DNA from: Candidatus Latescibacterota bacterium
GTDB lineage: Bacteria; Latescibacterota; UBA2968; GCA-2709665
Direction of reading: 5' to 3'
DNA length: 64,000 nucleotides
NCBI GenBank assembly: GCA_963662665.2
Contig: CAXXJS010000016.1
Location: 1 to 64,000, forward strand
Position numbers and translations under genes: made by a program. The notes under the pieces were generated by a model. That model was not told the DNA's origin and did no database searches. It was given only the letters and a program-made list of their open reading frames with translations. Below are positions 1 to 9,650 of the stretch, in pieces. Numbering within the stretch: the first letter of the stretch is position 1; every line of letters starts with the position of its first letter.

Positions 1-252
1 GTAAAACTCCGGTACCATGATGCCTTCCGGCATGTTCACCGCACCGAACAATTTGCCTATCCAGGGCATCGGCTGTCCGGGATACGCCAACTGCCAACGC
101 ATCATCATCATCAGACAGAAGCCGAAAAACAGGAAAAACAGGGCGCTTACGGCGTACTGAATCCCTATGACCTTGTGATCCACGGAAAACACGTACTTGC
201 GCCAGAACGTCAACTCATGGTGTCCGTGATCATCGTGCGCTTGCTCAGCCAT
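1..252 (-). CDS. ctaD: cytochrome c oxidase subunit I, N-terminal part (runs off the window edge)
   Basis: Manual translation from ATG at 252: MAEQAHDDHGHHELTFWRKYVFSVDHKVIGIQY...MRWQLAYPG. The 'DHKxIG' and 'MRxQL' motifs are typical of heme-copper oxidase subunit I; gene lies directly downstream of subunit II. Confidence 0.9.
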   Translation of the reverse strand, partial: MAEQAHDDHGHHELTFWRKYVFSVDHKVIGIQYAVSALFFLFFGFCLMMMMRWQLAYPGQPMPWIGKLFGAVNMPEGIMVPEFY

Positions 253-264
253 AAAACAGGCTCC

Positions 265-1035
265 TTAAAAGGAAAAATCGTCTTCTTCATCGGCGGCGCC
301 GGACTGCTCGTCGAACCAGGCCTGAAACGCCGCTTCCGACTCAACCGTCAAGATACCGCGCATGCGATAGTGCCCCAGACCGCACAATTGAGCGCACGCG
401 ATATCAAATGTACCGGCCTTTGTTGCCTCGAACCAGATCCGGATGTCCTGACCGGGAATCGCGTCCTGCGTCAATCGCATCACCGGGATCTTGAAGCTGT
501 GAATGACATCCTTCGACGAGATGTGCGCAATTACGGGCTTGTCTTTCACAATGTGCAGGTTGTTGATGGCGTTGAAATCGTCATTGCCGTTCGGGTCGTC
601 CGGATCCAGCCCCAGCAGATTATCGGCGCTCACGAATTGCGGCGCCGTCCGGCCGAAGACTCCGTCTGTCCCGGAATAGTGGATGTTCCAGGCAAACTGC
701 TCGGGTACCACCCGCACCACCAGCGCGTCGGATTCTTCGGGAAACGCATGTTTGAAGTCTGCCCAGAGCGGCATGGACAGTCCCACGAGCAGCACGGCCT
801 CCACGACGATCACGCCGTACTCCACGTATTTGGCGACTTTTCCCTTAATTGGATCGTAGTTCGCGGCAGGGTTCGCCCTCCTCCGATAACGGACAAGGCA
901 GTAGACAAAAAAGACGCCCCAACCCAGAAACAGAGCCACCATAAAGACATGCAACCAATTGATCAGCCAATCCACGGTTGCTCCGTGGGTTGAGATGTCA
1001 ATCGGCAGCCAATAACCGTACACCTTTTCTTGCAT
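265..1035 (-). CDS. ctaC: cytochrome c oxidase subunit II (CuA, no fused cytochrome c)
   Basis: Two N-terminal TM helices, QFAW, DVIHSF, DAIPG and the CuA motif CAQLCGLGHYRM. Confidence 0.93.
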   Translation of the reverse strand: MQEKVYGYWLPIDISTHGATVDWLINWLHVFMVALFLGWGVFFVYCLVRYRRRANPAANYDPIKGKVAKYVEYGVIVVEAVLLVGLSMPLWADFKHAFPEESDALVVRVVPEQFAWNIHYSGTDGVFGRTAPQFVSADNLLGLDPDDPNGNDDFNAINNLHIVKDKPVIAHISSKDVIHSFKIPVMRLTQDAIPGQDIRIWFEATKAGTFDIACAQLCGLGHYRMRGILTVESEAAFQAWFDEQSGAADEEDDFSF

Positions 1036-1107
1036 TCGGGACCCCTCCCGTATTTTCGCAAAGCGGACCCGACGGCCCGCCCACGCCGCCCGTCCGGCGA
1101 CGCGCGC

Positions 1108-1848
1108 TTATTTCCTCGGCTTTATCTTGAACATGAAATCCAGGTTCCTGGACTCTCCGTCGGCAACCGTGATCTCCTCCGTCATCGTACCCAGCCGCTT
1201 ACTCTCGTGCCACGCTTCGATCGTGTACGTGCCCGCCGGCAGTCCCGCAATCTCGAACTTGCCGCCCTCTCCGCTGACAGAGAAAAACGGGTGTTCCATC
1301 ACGCCGATATAGGACTGCATCCAGGGATGCACGTCGCATTTGACCGGTACCATCACCTCGGCGTTTGCAAACGAAATCGTGGTTTTCTTCATAAATTTCG
1401 GCATCGCTTTGTTGACTTCGGCGGAGTTCTGCGGCTTCGGATGGATGTTGTGGAGTGTCCCGTCGTTGTTCAATACCGTAATGGGCTGTCCCGCCATGAC
1501 GCCCAGAACGTGCGGCTTGTAGATACACCCCTGCTGATCCAGAACCGCAGCCTCGGCCGGCGCGTCGAACTTCTTGCCCCCCAACCCTTTCTTTACGTAA
1601 ACGAACACGTTGTGCAGACCGCCGTCGTCCTCAACAACGACGACCTCGCTCAATGCCGCCCCGGTGGTGTGTTTTCCCGCGCAGACCGGGTCGGCCGCCA
1701 TCTGGATTTTCTTGCGGCCGGGTTTCTTCCCGCCCGGGAACTCCAGTTTGATGGTTCCGGATACCGTAGCGCCCGCGAGCGCGTCGCCGGACGCAAAACA
1801 GACGAAACAAAACGTAATGAGCGTTGCGACAAACCCTCGTTGTTTCAT
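1108..1848 (-). CDS. exported cupredoxin-like protein with carboxypeptidase-regulatory-like beta-sandwich segments
   Basis: Start placed at ATG 1848 (GAGGGG RBS, signal peptide ending ALA). LHNIH and KCDVHPWM give possible type-1 Cu ligands; C-terminal 'GKFEIAGLPAGTYTIEAWHE'. Confidence 0.7.
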   Translation of the reverse strand: MKQRGFVATLITFCFVCFASGDALAGATVSGTIKLEFPGGKKPGRKKIQMAADPVCAGKHTTGAALSEVVVVEDDGGLHNVFVYVKKGLGGKKFDAPAEAAVLDQQGCIYKPHVLGVMAGQPITVLNNDGTLHNIHPKPQNSAEVNKAMPKFMKKTTISFANAEVMVPVKCDVHPWMQSYIGVMEHPFFSVSGEGGKFEIAGLPAGTYTIEAWHESKRLGTMTEEITVADGESRNLDFMFKIKPRK

Positions 1849-2134
1849 TGGTATATCCCCTCTCTTCCGTAATCGGTTGATACTCGCCCGGCGCATTTTG
1901 CGCGGCGCGCCGGCGGCCATTCTCTCACTGTTTTCAATGCTGAATGCGCCCGAAGTTCCAACTATCGTTCTGTGTCCCGTCCCGAAATTATGTCTCTATT
2001 CTTCCGCCTGCCTCGCATGCGTCAGCAGGCATGCAGATTCATTCCGTCTCGCCGCATTGCTTGTGCTGCCTGTGCCGAGCCTGTCGAAGCAAACATGTCG
2101 AAGTGGCTCTGCTAGACGGCAGAATTTCGGCGAT

Positions 2135-5100
2135 CTAATTACGTGGTGAAGCACTTGTCAGCCTGGCGTTCTGGTGCAGGCCGTAAATGATGTAATCGGT
2201 GAGCGCCTGGATGACAACGTCGGTCGGCAGCACGAGCAGACCATCCTCCGGTTTTATCCCCTCGGGCAGCTTCAAATAGGCGGCCATATCCTCCGGCAGG
2301 TACGTCATTTCATCGCCGAAAAACGTGGGCATTTTGGTGCCGGGTTGAAGCTTCTGCGGATCCCACAGCCAGTCCCTGATCCAAGACGGCTTCAACCGCT
2401 CCCTGGACAGCTTCAGGTCGGGCGCCCAGCTTGCCGGGTCGCCCGTGGGTTTGATATCGCCCTGCTGGTGGCAGGTGAAGCAGTTGTAAATGTCCGCGCT
2501 GAACAGTTTCTTCGCGCCACGAATTTCTTTGGGACTCAACCGCTTATCCACAAAAGTCGCGTAGGGGAACTGCTCCTTGTCCAAACGGGAGAAATAGGTG
2601 ACCAGTTCGTTAGCCTGCTGGTCTTCGAAGCCGAACGTGGGCATCCGCACCTCAAGCCACGGACGGACAGGCTGCACGTTCTTCAGGAAAGCAAAGAACC
2701 AGTCGGGCTGCACTTTTCTGCCCTCGCCGTTCAGGGACGGTGGCACGAAACCCGCCGCGTCGGCGGCGGAGACGTCCTCGTTGCCGTATGCCTTCACCAA
2801 CGGGTCCTGGATGGCCCCGCCCTGATTCTCCACGACGTGGCACCCCTTACAGTTCCTGTCGTAAACCAGCCAGCGGCCCTTCTCGATATCGACTTCGTCG
2901 GGGGACTGGCGTTTGATCGCATCGGCGCCCACCTGTGTCCTGTTCATGCTCAGCAGCGCCGTGGTCACCGCGTGGGCGTCCTCGTCGTTCAAACCGAACT
3001 GGGGCATGCGCAGCTTGTCGTCGTACAGTTTCACCTTACCCTTATCGAAGACCCGCGGCTGTTTGAGCTTTTTGAAGAACCAGTCGTGTCGCGTATAGGG
3101 AATGGCGTCGGGATCCGTGTTGTAGGAACCCTGCTTTTTGGCAAGAAGACCGAAGTCCAGCTTGTCCACGTCCTTGCTGCCTTCCTCGGTCAGTTCCGTG
3201 CCGATGGGTTGTGCATCTTCAAATCCCGGTATGAGGTGGCATCCGAAACAGCCCTGGCGGGAGATGATCTTCTCGCCCAGCCAGATATCCCGCTCACGGC
3301 TGGACATCCGAGCGAGTTGCTCCGTCGCCGTTTTCACCGGCAACCGGCTTCGCAGATAGCTCAACACCAGATCGTCTCGAACCTGCGGATCCGCGGACGC
3401 CACCTGCCGGGCTTCAAACTCCGTATTGCGGAGGGTGAGCAGATAGGCCGTAATATCGGCCGCCTCCCGGTCGGTCAGCCGCAGATTCGGCATCCGGGTA
3501 TCCGGGAAATAGGCCGTTGGATCCTTCAGCCACGCGAACAGCCAGCCCTCAGACAGTTTGCTGCCCACGTCGTTGAGGTTGGGGCCGAAATTCCGCAGCC
3601 CGTATTCCTGGCCCGACCGATCGTCCGAACCCACCACGTGGCAGGCCTTGCATCCCACCATTTCCACGAGACGTTCTCCGCGACCGGGATCTCCCGACAG
3701 GCCGGGCTTTGGGTACAGGGGCCGCTCGGACTTCTCGAAAATGTACGCCACAACAGCGTTGACCGCCGCCGTATTGCGCTTGATGTCCTCCGGTCCGCTG
3801 ACGTTGGAAAGATCGAATATTTTGGGCATCTTGGTGGACGGGCGAAACCCCTTGGGATCCCGCACCCACTTCAGGGCCCAGTTACGATCCAGCTTGCCCG
3901 CCGCCTTGCTGAGATCGGGCCCCACCCTGCGCAGATCCTGCAGGGTGTGCCTGGCGATTTTGTGACAGCCGTGGCAACCCAGCGTACGCACGAGATGGAT
4001 ACCTCGATTCAGGTTTTCAGCCCGGGACACGTCCACAACGCCCGTGTGGCATTGCGCGCACGTAGACTCGACGTAGCGGCTGGGCAACATGGGGTGGTCC
4101 CAGTATTTCATTTTCTTCCATCCGTACAGCTTTTTCCAGCGGTCCGCCTCAATGTCGTCGCTCGGTGTGTGCGCCGTATTCTTGAACGTCACGCCCCGGT
4201 CGCGACCGAGATGACAGGTGGTGCACCCCGACTCATCGATCGGGTGGGGTGAACCGCTGCTGAGGAAAAGGTCCAGCCTCGGATGTGTTGAAAATACGCT
4301 GGTGCGCCCAAGCCGGACGTCTTCGTCCGCGTAGACCGATTCCATATAGGTCCTGAGTGTCTCGTCCGCAAACCAGCCGGTTTCCCGATCGAGTTCGTAC
4401 CCCGGGCGGTCGACATTCAGATGACACGTGGTACATCGGTCCACACGGGGAACCCTGGTAAAGTTAAGCTCGTTTCTGAGGTCGGCCAGCACGACCTGCC
4501 GGACCTTTATGGACGGATCGATAAAGTCAACCATCGGCAGATTTCGGAACACGTTGGGGAAACTGGGAACAAGACCCGTCAACTTGCGCCTGAGGTTTTC
4601 TTCATCCTTCCGCAACGAGCGCCGTCTGGACTCCAGTGCCTGCCTCTGTCCCGCTACGGCGTCGATGATCTTCTGCTGCGCAGCCTGTTTTTCCTCCACC
4701 GCCTCCTTGGCCAGCCGGAACTCGTAGATCCGGACTCCCTTGGCTTCCATTTCTGCTTTTTTCTTCGATGCAGTTTCCTCGTGTCCCGCTTTCGCCGCGT
4801 CTTCATATTCAAACTTCACAACGTCGTACTGTGCCTTTTCGAACTTAAGCCGCTGGTCTGCGCCGTACCATTCCGCCTGGGTGAGCCGCTTCAATTCGCT
4901 CGTCGCCGCGTCGAATCGTTCCCGGTGCGCCTGGACCGAGGCCTCAATCCCCGTGAGTTCGTCTTCAATCGCCTTCAGCGCGTCCTGATCGAGGTTCTCC
5001 CGGGCCGACTTGATTTCCGCCTCCGTCTTATAGGCCTCCAGCGCCATCCCTTCTTTCTGTATGCCCTTCCACTCCCGGTCGTAGTCGTCCCAGACCATCC

Positions 5101-5200
5101 AGAGTACGGAAATAACCAGTACCACGCTGGACACGGCGAAAATCATGTTCATTCTGTCTACATTGTAGACAAAGTCTATGAAACGCTTCGGCTCATTCAT
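2135..5200 (-). CDS. membrane-anchored octaheme cytochrome c of the Rieske/cytochrome b complex
   Basis: N-terminal TM helix, long coiled-coil, then 8 CxxCH motifs (CTTCH, CTTCH, CAQCH, CHGCH, CKACH, CFGCH, CKGCH, CFTCH) with class-I-like 'GPDL...W...P...MP' segments. ATG 5200 preferred over GTG 5224. Confidence 0.88.
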   Translation of the reverse strand: MNEPKRFIDFVYNVDRMNMIFAVSSVVLVISVLWMVWDDYDREWKGIQKEGMALEAYKTEAEIKSARENLDQDALKAIEDELTGIEASVQAHRERFDAATSELKRLTQAEWYGADQRLKFEKAQYDVVKFEYEDAAKAGHEETASKKKAEMEAKGVRIYEFRLAKEAVEEKQAAQQKIIDAVAGQRQALESRRRSLRKDEENLRRKLTGLVPSFPNVFRNLPMVDFIDPSIKVRQVVLADLRNELNFTRVPRVDRCTTCHLNVDRPGYELDRETGWFADETLRTYMESVYADEDVRLGRTSVFSTHPRLDLFLSSGSPHPIDESGCTTCHLGRDRGVTFKNTAHTPSDDIEADRWKKLYGWKKMKYWDHPMLPSRYVESTCAQCHTGVVDVSRAENLNRGIHLVRTLGCHGCHKIARHTLQDLRRVGPDLSKAAGKLDRNWALKWVRDPKGFRPSTKMPKIFDLSNVSGPEDIKRNTAAVNAVVAYIFEKSERPLYPKPGLSGDPGRGERLVEMVGCKACHVVGSDDRSGQEYGLRNFGPNLNDVGSKLSEGWLFAWLKDPTAYFPDTRMPNLRLTDREAADITAYLLTLRNTEFEARQVASADPQVRDDLVLSYLRSRLPVKTATEQLARMSSRERDIWLGEKIISRQGCFGCHLIPGFEDAQPIGTELTEEGSKDVDKLDFGLLAKKQGSYNTDPDAIPYTRHDWFFKKLKQPRVFDKGKVKLYDDKLRMPQFGLNDEDAHAVTTALLSMNRTQVGADAIKRQSPDEVDIEKGRWLVYDRNCKGCHVVENQGGAIQDPLVKAYGNEDVSAADAAGFVPPSLNGEGRKVQPDWFFAFLKNVQPVRPWLEVRMPTFGFEDQQANELVTYFSRLDKEQFPYATFVDKRLSPKEIRGAKKLFSADIYNCFTCHQQGDIKPTGDPASWAPDLKLSRERLKPSWIRDWLWDPQKLQPGTKMPTFFGDEMTYLPEDMAAYLKLPEGIKPEDGLLVLPTDVVIQALTDYIIYGLHQNARLTSASPRN

Positions 5201-5314
5201 CGAACGGCTCCAGAGGAGCGGCACACATACGAATTACGGCACTTGCCGCGTCCGTCTACCCATTCAGAGATTCCAAAACAAATTGCAGCGGCGCCGGGAA
5301 ACAAGAAAGAACCC

Positions 5315-6391
5315 TCAGATATTGAAGAAATATTCCGGAATGGCAACGATGTATTTCAGGTTGAACAGCCAGCGAAGCAACATCTTGATGGGGAGGGCGA
5401 CCATGCAGAGGAAGAAAAGGACCATTACGCTATAACGGGCGAATCCCATCGTTTTGTAGAATTCCTTGAACACCGTTTGCGCCAGTACAGGCGGGGGCAC
5501 CAGAAAATACAGGATAACGAGGAGGAACCCCCATATTTCGCGCGTCAACCAGAAGGTTGGCAAACCCGTACCCAGCCATTGGACGTAGATGTATTCCGAA
5601 AGATTGACGTTGACCAATGCTTCAAGTTTGTGCACGTCCCAGAATTCGTACGGCCCGAAAAAGTTCCAGTTAGGACCGCGCAGAAACGTGCCGATCATGA
5701 TGAGTACCACCCACAACACCACAAAACCGAACAGAAACACCGTTATGGCGAACCGGCGTTCCTTGAAGGTATAGTAACCCAGACCCTTGGGATTCCTGTC
5801 CATATAAGGAATGGCCATAAGACCCACAATGACGAGCGTGGGCAAGACAACCCCGGCGATCCAGGGATCGTAATAAACCAGCATTTCCTGAAGGCCAAGG
5901 AAATACCAGGGCGCCTTGGAAGGGTTGGGGGTTTTCGCGGGGTTGGCAGGCTCTTCGATGGGGGCTTTTATCAGTACGGACCAGAGAATCAGAAAAACCG
6001 TGGCCAGGGTCAGGCAGATCAACTCTGTGTAGACCAGATGGGGCCACGTGAGAACCTTCTCCTTGAATTCGGCTTTCTCGACCGGCCCCTCTCCCCGCGC
6101 GATACGCTCGTCGTTGTCGTACCCCTGTTTCAGGCTGTACCAGACAAAAAAGCCCACCAGGAACAACAACATGACAATTGGGATATTGTCGCCCTTGGTT
6201 ACAATAATGCGAAAATTCTCATCCTGAAAACTGACAACGAAAAATACAATTGAGACGATGAGGGCGGGAAGGCCGAACCGGACCGTCCAGACAAAGCGTG
6301 TCCGCAAAGCCAGGAAAAACAGAATGGCAAACAACGGCATGAAATATTCAGGCGTGAGCAACCAGTTGATAAAGCCTTTCAGAACTTCCAT
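5315..6391 (-). CDS. cytochrome b6/bc subunit IV-like protein (cytochrome b C-terminal domain) with extra TM helices
   Basis: 'WPHLV...EEPANPAKTPNPSKAPWYFLGLQE' matches the subunit IV region carrying PEWY (here APWY); follows the cytochrome b6 gene. Confidence 0.85.
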   Translation of the reverse strand: MEVLKGFINWLLTPEYFMPLFAILFFLALRTRFVWTVRFGLPALIVSIVFFVVSFQDENFRIIVTKGDNIPIVMLLFLVGFFVWYSLKQGYDNDERIARGEGPVEKAEFKEKVLTWPHLVYTELICLTLATVFLILWSVLIKAPIEEPANPAKTPNPSKAPWYFLGLQEMLVYYDPWIAGVVLPTLVIVGLMAIPYMDRNPKGLGYYTFKERRFAITVFLFGFVVLWVVLIMIGTFLRGPNWNFFGPYEFWDVHKLEALVNVNLSEYIYVQWLGTGLPTFWLTREIWGFLLVILYFLVPPPVLAQTVFKEFYKTMGFARYSVMVLFFLCMVALPIKMLLRWLFNLKYIVAIPEYFFNI

Positions 6392-6436
6392 CGTCTTCCT
6401 CGATGATCCCGTACACCTGACAAGCGAAGGCTGCTT

Positions 6437-7222
6437 CTACATCGGTCCGGAGATCCCGCCGTCCTTTCGGACTCGCCAGAAGTGAACGGCCATTAATACA
6501 GCTGCCACAAACGGGATGAACAGACAATGCAGGACATAGAACCTGAGCAGCGCGCCCTCTCCGACAAACCGGCCTCCCAGCAACGCAAATCGGGCGTCGT
6601 CGCCGGCGTGGACCAGGTTGATGTCGCCAAGCATCAGGAACGCCGCTCCCGGCCCCTCGTGCCCGAGGAAAGGCGTTGCCCGCGCCATATTCGACCCCAC
6701 CGTTATAGCCCAGATGGCAAGCTGGTCCCAGGGCAACAGATATCCGGTAAAGCTCAACAGCAACGTTAAGAGAAGCAGAATAACGCCAATCGCCCAGTTG
6801 AATTCGCGTGGTGGCTTATAAGAACCGGTCATGAAAACGCGCAACATGTGAAGCCAGACGGTAATAATCATCGCGTGGGCGCCCCACCGGTGGATCTCCC
6901 GCATGATACCCAGAGGCACCTGCTCGCCCAGATCGATGATGTCGGTGTAGGCGTATTCGAGTGTGGGCCGGTAGTAAAACATGAGCAGAATGCCGGTGAT
7001 GGTTTCAATCAGAAAAATAAAAAACGTGAGCCCACCCATACACCATGTGTAGCGCACCCGGATACCCGATTTGGGGGTGCGCACGGGATGCAGATGCAGA
7101 AATACGTTGGTAAGCACCACCTGCGCGCGACCACGTTCGTCTCTCGGCACGTCGTGCCTGAAGATGGACTTCCAGATTTGAGAGCGCTTGGTCCGGTCCA
7201 GGAGGCCGGAAAACTTCGGCAT
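6437..7222 (-). CDS. cytochrome b6-type (split cytochrome b, N-terminal domain)
   Basis: 'WCMGGLTF' (Cys at the heme ci position), [50 protein letters not shown]...VHF. ATG 7222 with GGAG RBS. Confidence 0.92.
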   Translation of the reverse strand: MPKFSGLLDRTKRSQIWKSIFRHDVPRDERGRAQVVLTNVFLHLHPVRTPKSGIRVRYTWCMGGLTFFIFLIETITGILLMFYYRPTLEYAYTDIIDLGEQVPLGIMREIHRWGAHAMIITVWLHMLRVFMTGSYKPPREFNWAIGVILLLLTLLLSFTGYLLPWDQLAIWAITVGSNMARATPFLGHEGPGAAFLMLGDINLVHAGDDARFALLGGRFVGEGALLRFYVLHCLFIPFVAAVLMAVHFWRVRKDGGISGPM

Positions 7223-7304
7223 ACCGTGTTCTCCCGATTGTTTCGCAATGCTGTAACCGACAGGAAAAATCGCGTGTACAGCTACAATGCCGCCTGCTTT
7301 TCGG

Positions 7305-8255
7305 TCAGATCCGCAAGAAGGATTCCGGGTTATCCCACTGACCCTTCTCGTACAGGAATTTCCGGGTTTTGTCGACCAGCACCTGGCCATCCTCGGCCAG
7401 CACGACTCGCGCCCTTTCCAGCGGGCGCGGCGCCGGGCCCTCGAAGTTGATGCCGGTCATGTAAAAACCGCTGCCGTGACATGGACATTTGAATTTCTGT
7501 TCGTTGCCCAGCCAGTTGGGCGTACAACCAAGATGGGTGCATACCGATATGAGCGCGAACATATCCTGCGTGGTTTTGACCACCCAGACGCTGAACTTGT
7601 CCTTCCAGCGTTCGTCCACGCCAAGGTCATAATCTTCCGGAAATCCAATTTTGAAAGACTGCGGAGGCTCGAACAGGACGTTCGGAAACAGGAAGCGCGT
7701 AAACCCGAGGAGACCCGCCGCGGACGCGACGGCGAACGACGCCCAGGCCAGGGTCAGCCAGGTGAAGAACCCCCGCCGGGTGGTCATGCCGCCTTCCAAC
7801 ACCGCCTGCGTTCTCTCGGGTCCGGGACGGATTTCGGGCGGGGCCGGAGAGGTCTGGACGATGACGCGCTCCGCTTCCGGCGCGTCGCTTTTTTGCGTTA
7901 AAGCCCGAGCGGCGGCGGCCCGGTCTGCCGTGGAAGCGGCCTTCTTTGCAGGCGCACCGGCCGGCGCCGCGGCGCCACCGCCACGCGCCTTCCGCATCAA
8001 CTCGGCCTTGGCCTTTGCACGGGCAACACGATCCTGAATCTCGTTCAGCGACGAAAGATCCACTTCGGACGCGTCGGAATCCTCCCCGGACGCCTTCGGG
8101 GCCTTCGCCGAAGCCCCCGCGGCAGGCGTTCCCTGAGACCCTTCGCCCTTTGCAGCCTCTCTGGCCTTGCGCAACGCCTCCGCTTTGGCCTTCGCCCTGG
8201 CCACCCGATCCGGAATCTCGTCGAATTCCGAAAGATCGATATTGTCTGCCGACAT
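7305..8255 (-). CDS. Rieske 2Fe-2S subunit with long N-terminal low-complexity extension
   Basis: CTHLGC and CPCHGS boxes, GPAPRPL, internal twin-arginine motif TRRGFF before the TM helix. ATG 8255 with GGGGAG RBS. Confidence 0.92.
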   Translation of the reverse strand: MSADNIDLSEFDEIPDRVARAKAKAEALRKAREAAKGEGSQGTPAAGASAKAPKASGEDSDASEVDLSSLNEIQDRVARAKAKAELMRKARGGGAAAPAGAPAKKAASTADRAAAARALTQKSDAPEAERVIVQTSPAPPEIRPGPERTQAVLEGGMTTRRGFFTWLTLAWASFAVASAAGLLGFTRFLFPNVLFEPPQSFKIGFPEDYDLGVDERWKDKFSVWVVKTTQDMFALISVCTHLGCTPNWLGNEQKFKCPCHGSGFYMTGINFEGPAPRPLERARVVLAEDGQVLVDKTRKFLYEKGQWDNPESFLRI

Positions 8256-8379
8256 GGAACTCCCCGGAAACCGTTCAATCGGCATTCGGGCCGAATGCCT
8301 TCAGGAAGAAAATAATAAATGATATAAGCTAGAGAAATACCGGAAATTGAATCACTTACAGCGCTAAAGATACCGGGCC

Positions 8380-8408
8380 AATATATCGAAACCACCCCGG
8401 ATTGTCAA
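8380..8408 (-). promoter_or_regulatory. sigma-70-type promoter for the Rieske-cytochrome b-oxidase operon
   Basis: Minus strand reads TTGACA-17 bp-TATATT, about 125 nt upstream of the Rieske start. Confidence 0.65.
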
Positions 8409-8514
8409 GCGGGATTTTCTGTAGATTCGCACCCTCCGGGGAGAAAGGGCGAGGCTTCCGACGCGCACATAAAAACGCCGGATCCATCTTTGATTTTCCA
8501 TCGGTTCATGCGGC

Positions 8515-9423
8515 TCATTTCTCCCCCCATTTATTCAGAACTTCAATGGCCGCCTGCCGGACCCGAAGGTCCTGGTCCTGCAGGCGCAGTCGCTGCAGCG
8601 AGGGGGCCAGGGACCTGGCGTTCAGAATGCCCACGGCCCTGATCGCTTCGACCAGAATATTCCGCCGGCCCTCCCCGCTGATTCGATCGAATCCGTCCAG
8701 GTAACCCTGGCCAAGCATCTCGCCCAGAACGTCCAGGCCCGACTTATTGCGGGCAGCCGCCAACTGCAGCGCGGCGTTCCAGCGAACGTCGGGCGCACGG
8801 TCGTGAAGCGCCTGTTCGAGCACCGGCGGCACTCGAGGGTCATCCAGACCCCCCAGGGCGTACACCGCTGCCTTACGCAAGCCGGCATCGTCGCCGGTCA
8901 CGATCCTCTTAAGGTGAGGCACAGCGCTCGGGTCTCCCTGGGCCCTGAGTGAAAACATCGCGTTGATCCGTGTCTCGTCATCGGGATCGTCCAGCGCGGA
9001 AATCAGCACGCCAACAAGCTCGGGATCCTGCACCCGTCCCATTGCGGCGGCCAGAAACCGCCTCACCCGCGGGTCGTCCGACCGTGAAGCCTCGAACACC
9101 CGGATCAATTCCCCGACAAACCTGCGGCCGATCCGTCCCTCACGCTTTTCCTGTTCGAGCACCGTGGCCAGTTCGTACGCCGCCTGCCACCGGCTGTTGA
9201 TGCCGCCAACGCGAATCGTATTGAGATAATCCTCCGCCGTCTTTTTCTCGGCCGTCAGGAGCCCCAATCCCAGGTAAATTGCAAGCGCCACCAGGATTAT
9301 TGCCAACGGAAAAATGACGAACTGTGAGACCAGCCTTGCCCGGGAGACGTCCCCGTCCGAAACCGGCGCGGTGGCATCGTCGGCGATTTTTTTTAGTTCC
9401 TCTTCGGGTGTCGGATGATCCAT
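8515..9423 (-). CDS. membrane-anchored HEAT-repeat protein
   Basis: One TM helix followed by repeated 'D..VR..AA..LG' helical units (DDPRVRRFLAAAMG, DAGLRKAAVYALG, APDVRWNAALQLA, DLRVRQAAIEVL). Confidence 0.85.
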   Translation of the reverse strand: MDHPTPEEELKKIADDATAPVSDGDVSRARLVSQFVIFPLAIILVALAIYLGLGLLTAEKKTAEDYLNTIRVGGINSRWQAAYELATVLEQEKREGRIGRRFVGELIRVFEASRSDDPRVRRFLAAAMGRVQDPELVGVLISALDDPDDETRINAMFSLRAQGDPSAVPHLKRIVTGDDAGLRKAAVYALGGLDDPRVPPVLEQALHDRAPDVRWNAALQLAAARNKSGLDVLGEMLGQGYLDGFDRISGEGRRNILVEAIRAVGILNARSLAPSLQRLRLQDQDLRVRQAAIEVLNKWGEK

Positions 9424-9563
9424 TCGTCAACCTCTGAACGTTGAACAACGGCAAAATGCCTGGAGAGGACCCACAAAACAACGCGGTCCAATATATACAG
9501 TGTACGCACGCGCTGTCAAATCTTTGTCCTCGCCGGAGCCTGCCGTCTCACGGGCGTTCGCTC

Positions 9564-9592
9564 TTGACAACCCTTGCGAAAGGCGTTATTTT
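9564..9592 (+). promoter_or_regulatory. sigma-70-type promoter for the ferredoxin gene, back-to-back with a minus-strand TTGACA at 9514-9519 serving the HEAT gene
   Basis: TTGACA-17 bp-TATTTT upstream of the AGGAGA RBS and GTG 9651. Confidence 0.55.
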
Positions 9593-9650
9593 AACATCGG
9601 ATTACGTGAATTCTGTGGACAAATCCCGCTCAACAGGAGATCTCACACCC

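Noticed and set aside
2174-6253. Large plus-strand ORFs (692 aa and 610 aa) and many similar antisense ORFs across the window
   Set aside because: They lie antisense to well-supported genes, carry no motifs, and are expected in GC-rich DNA.
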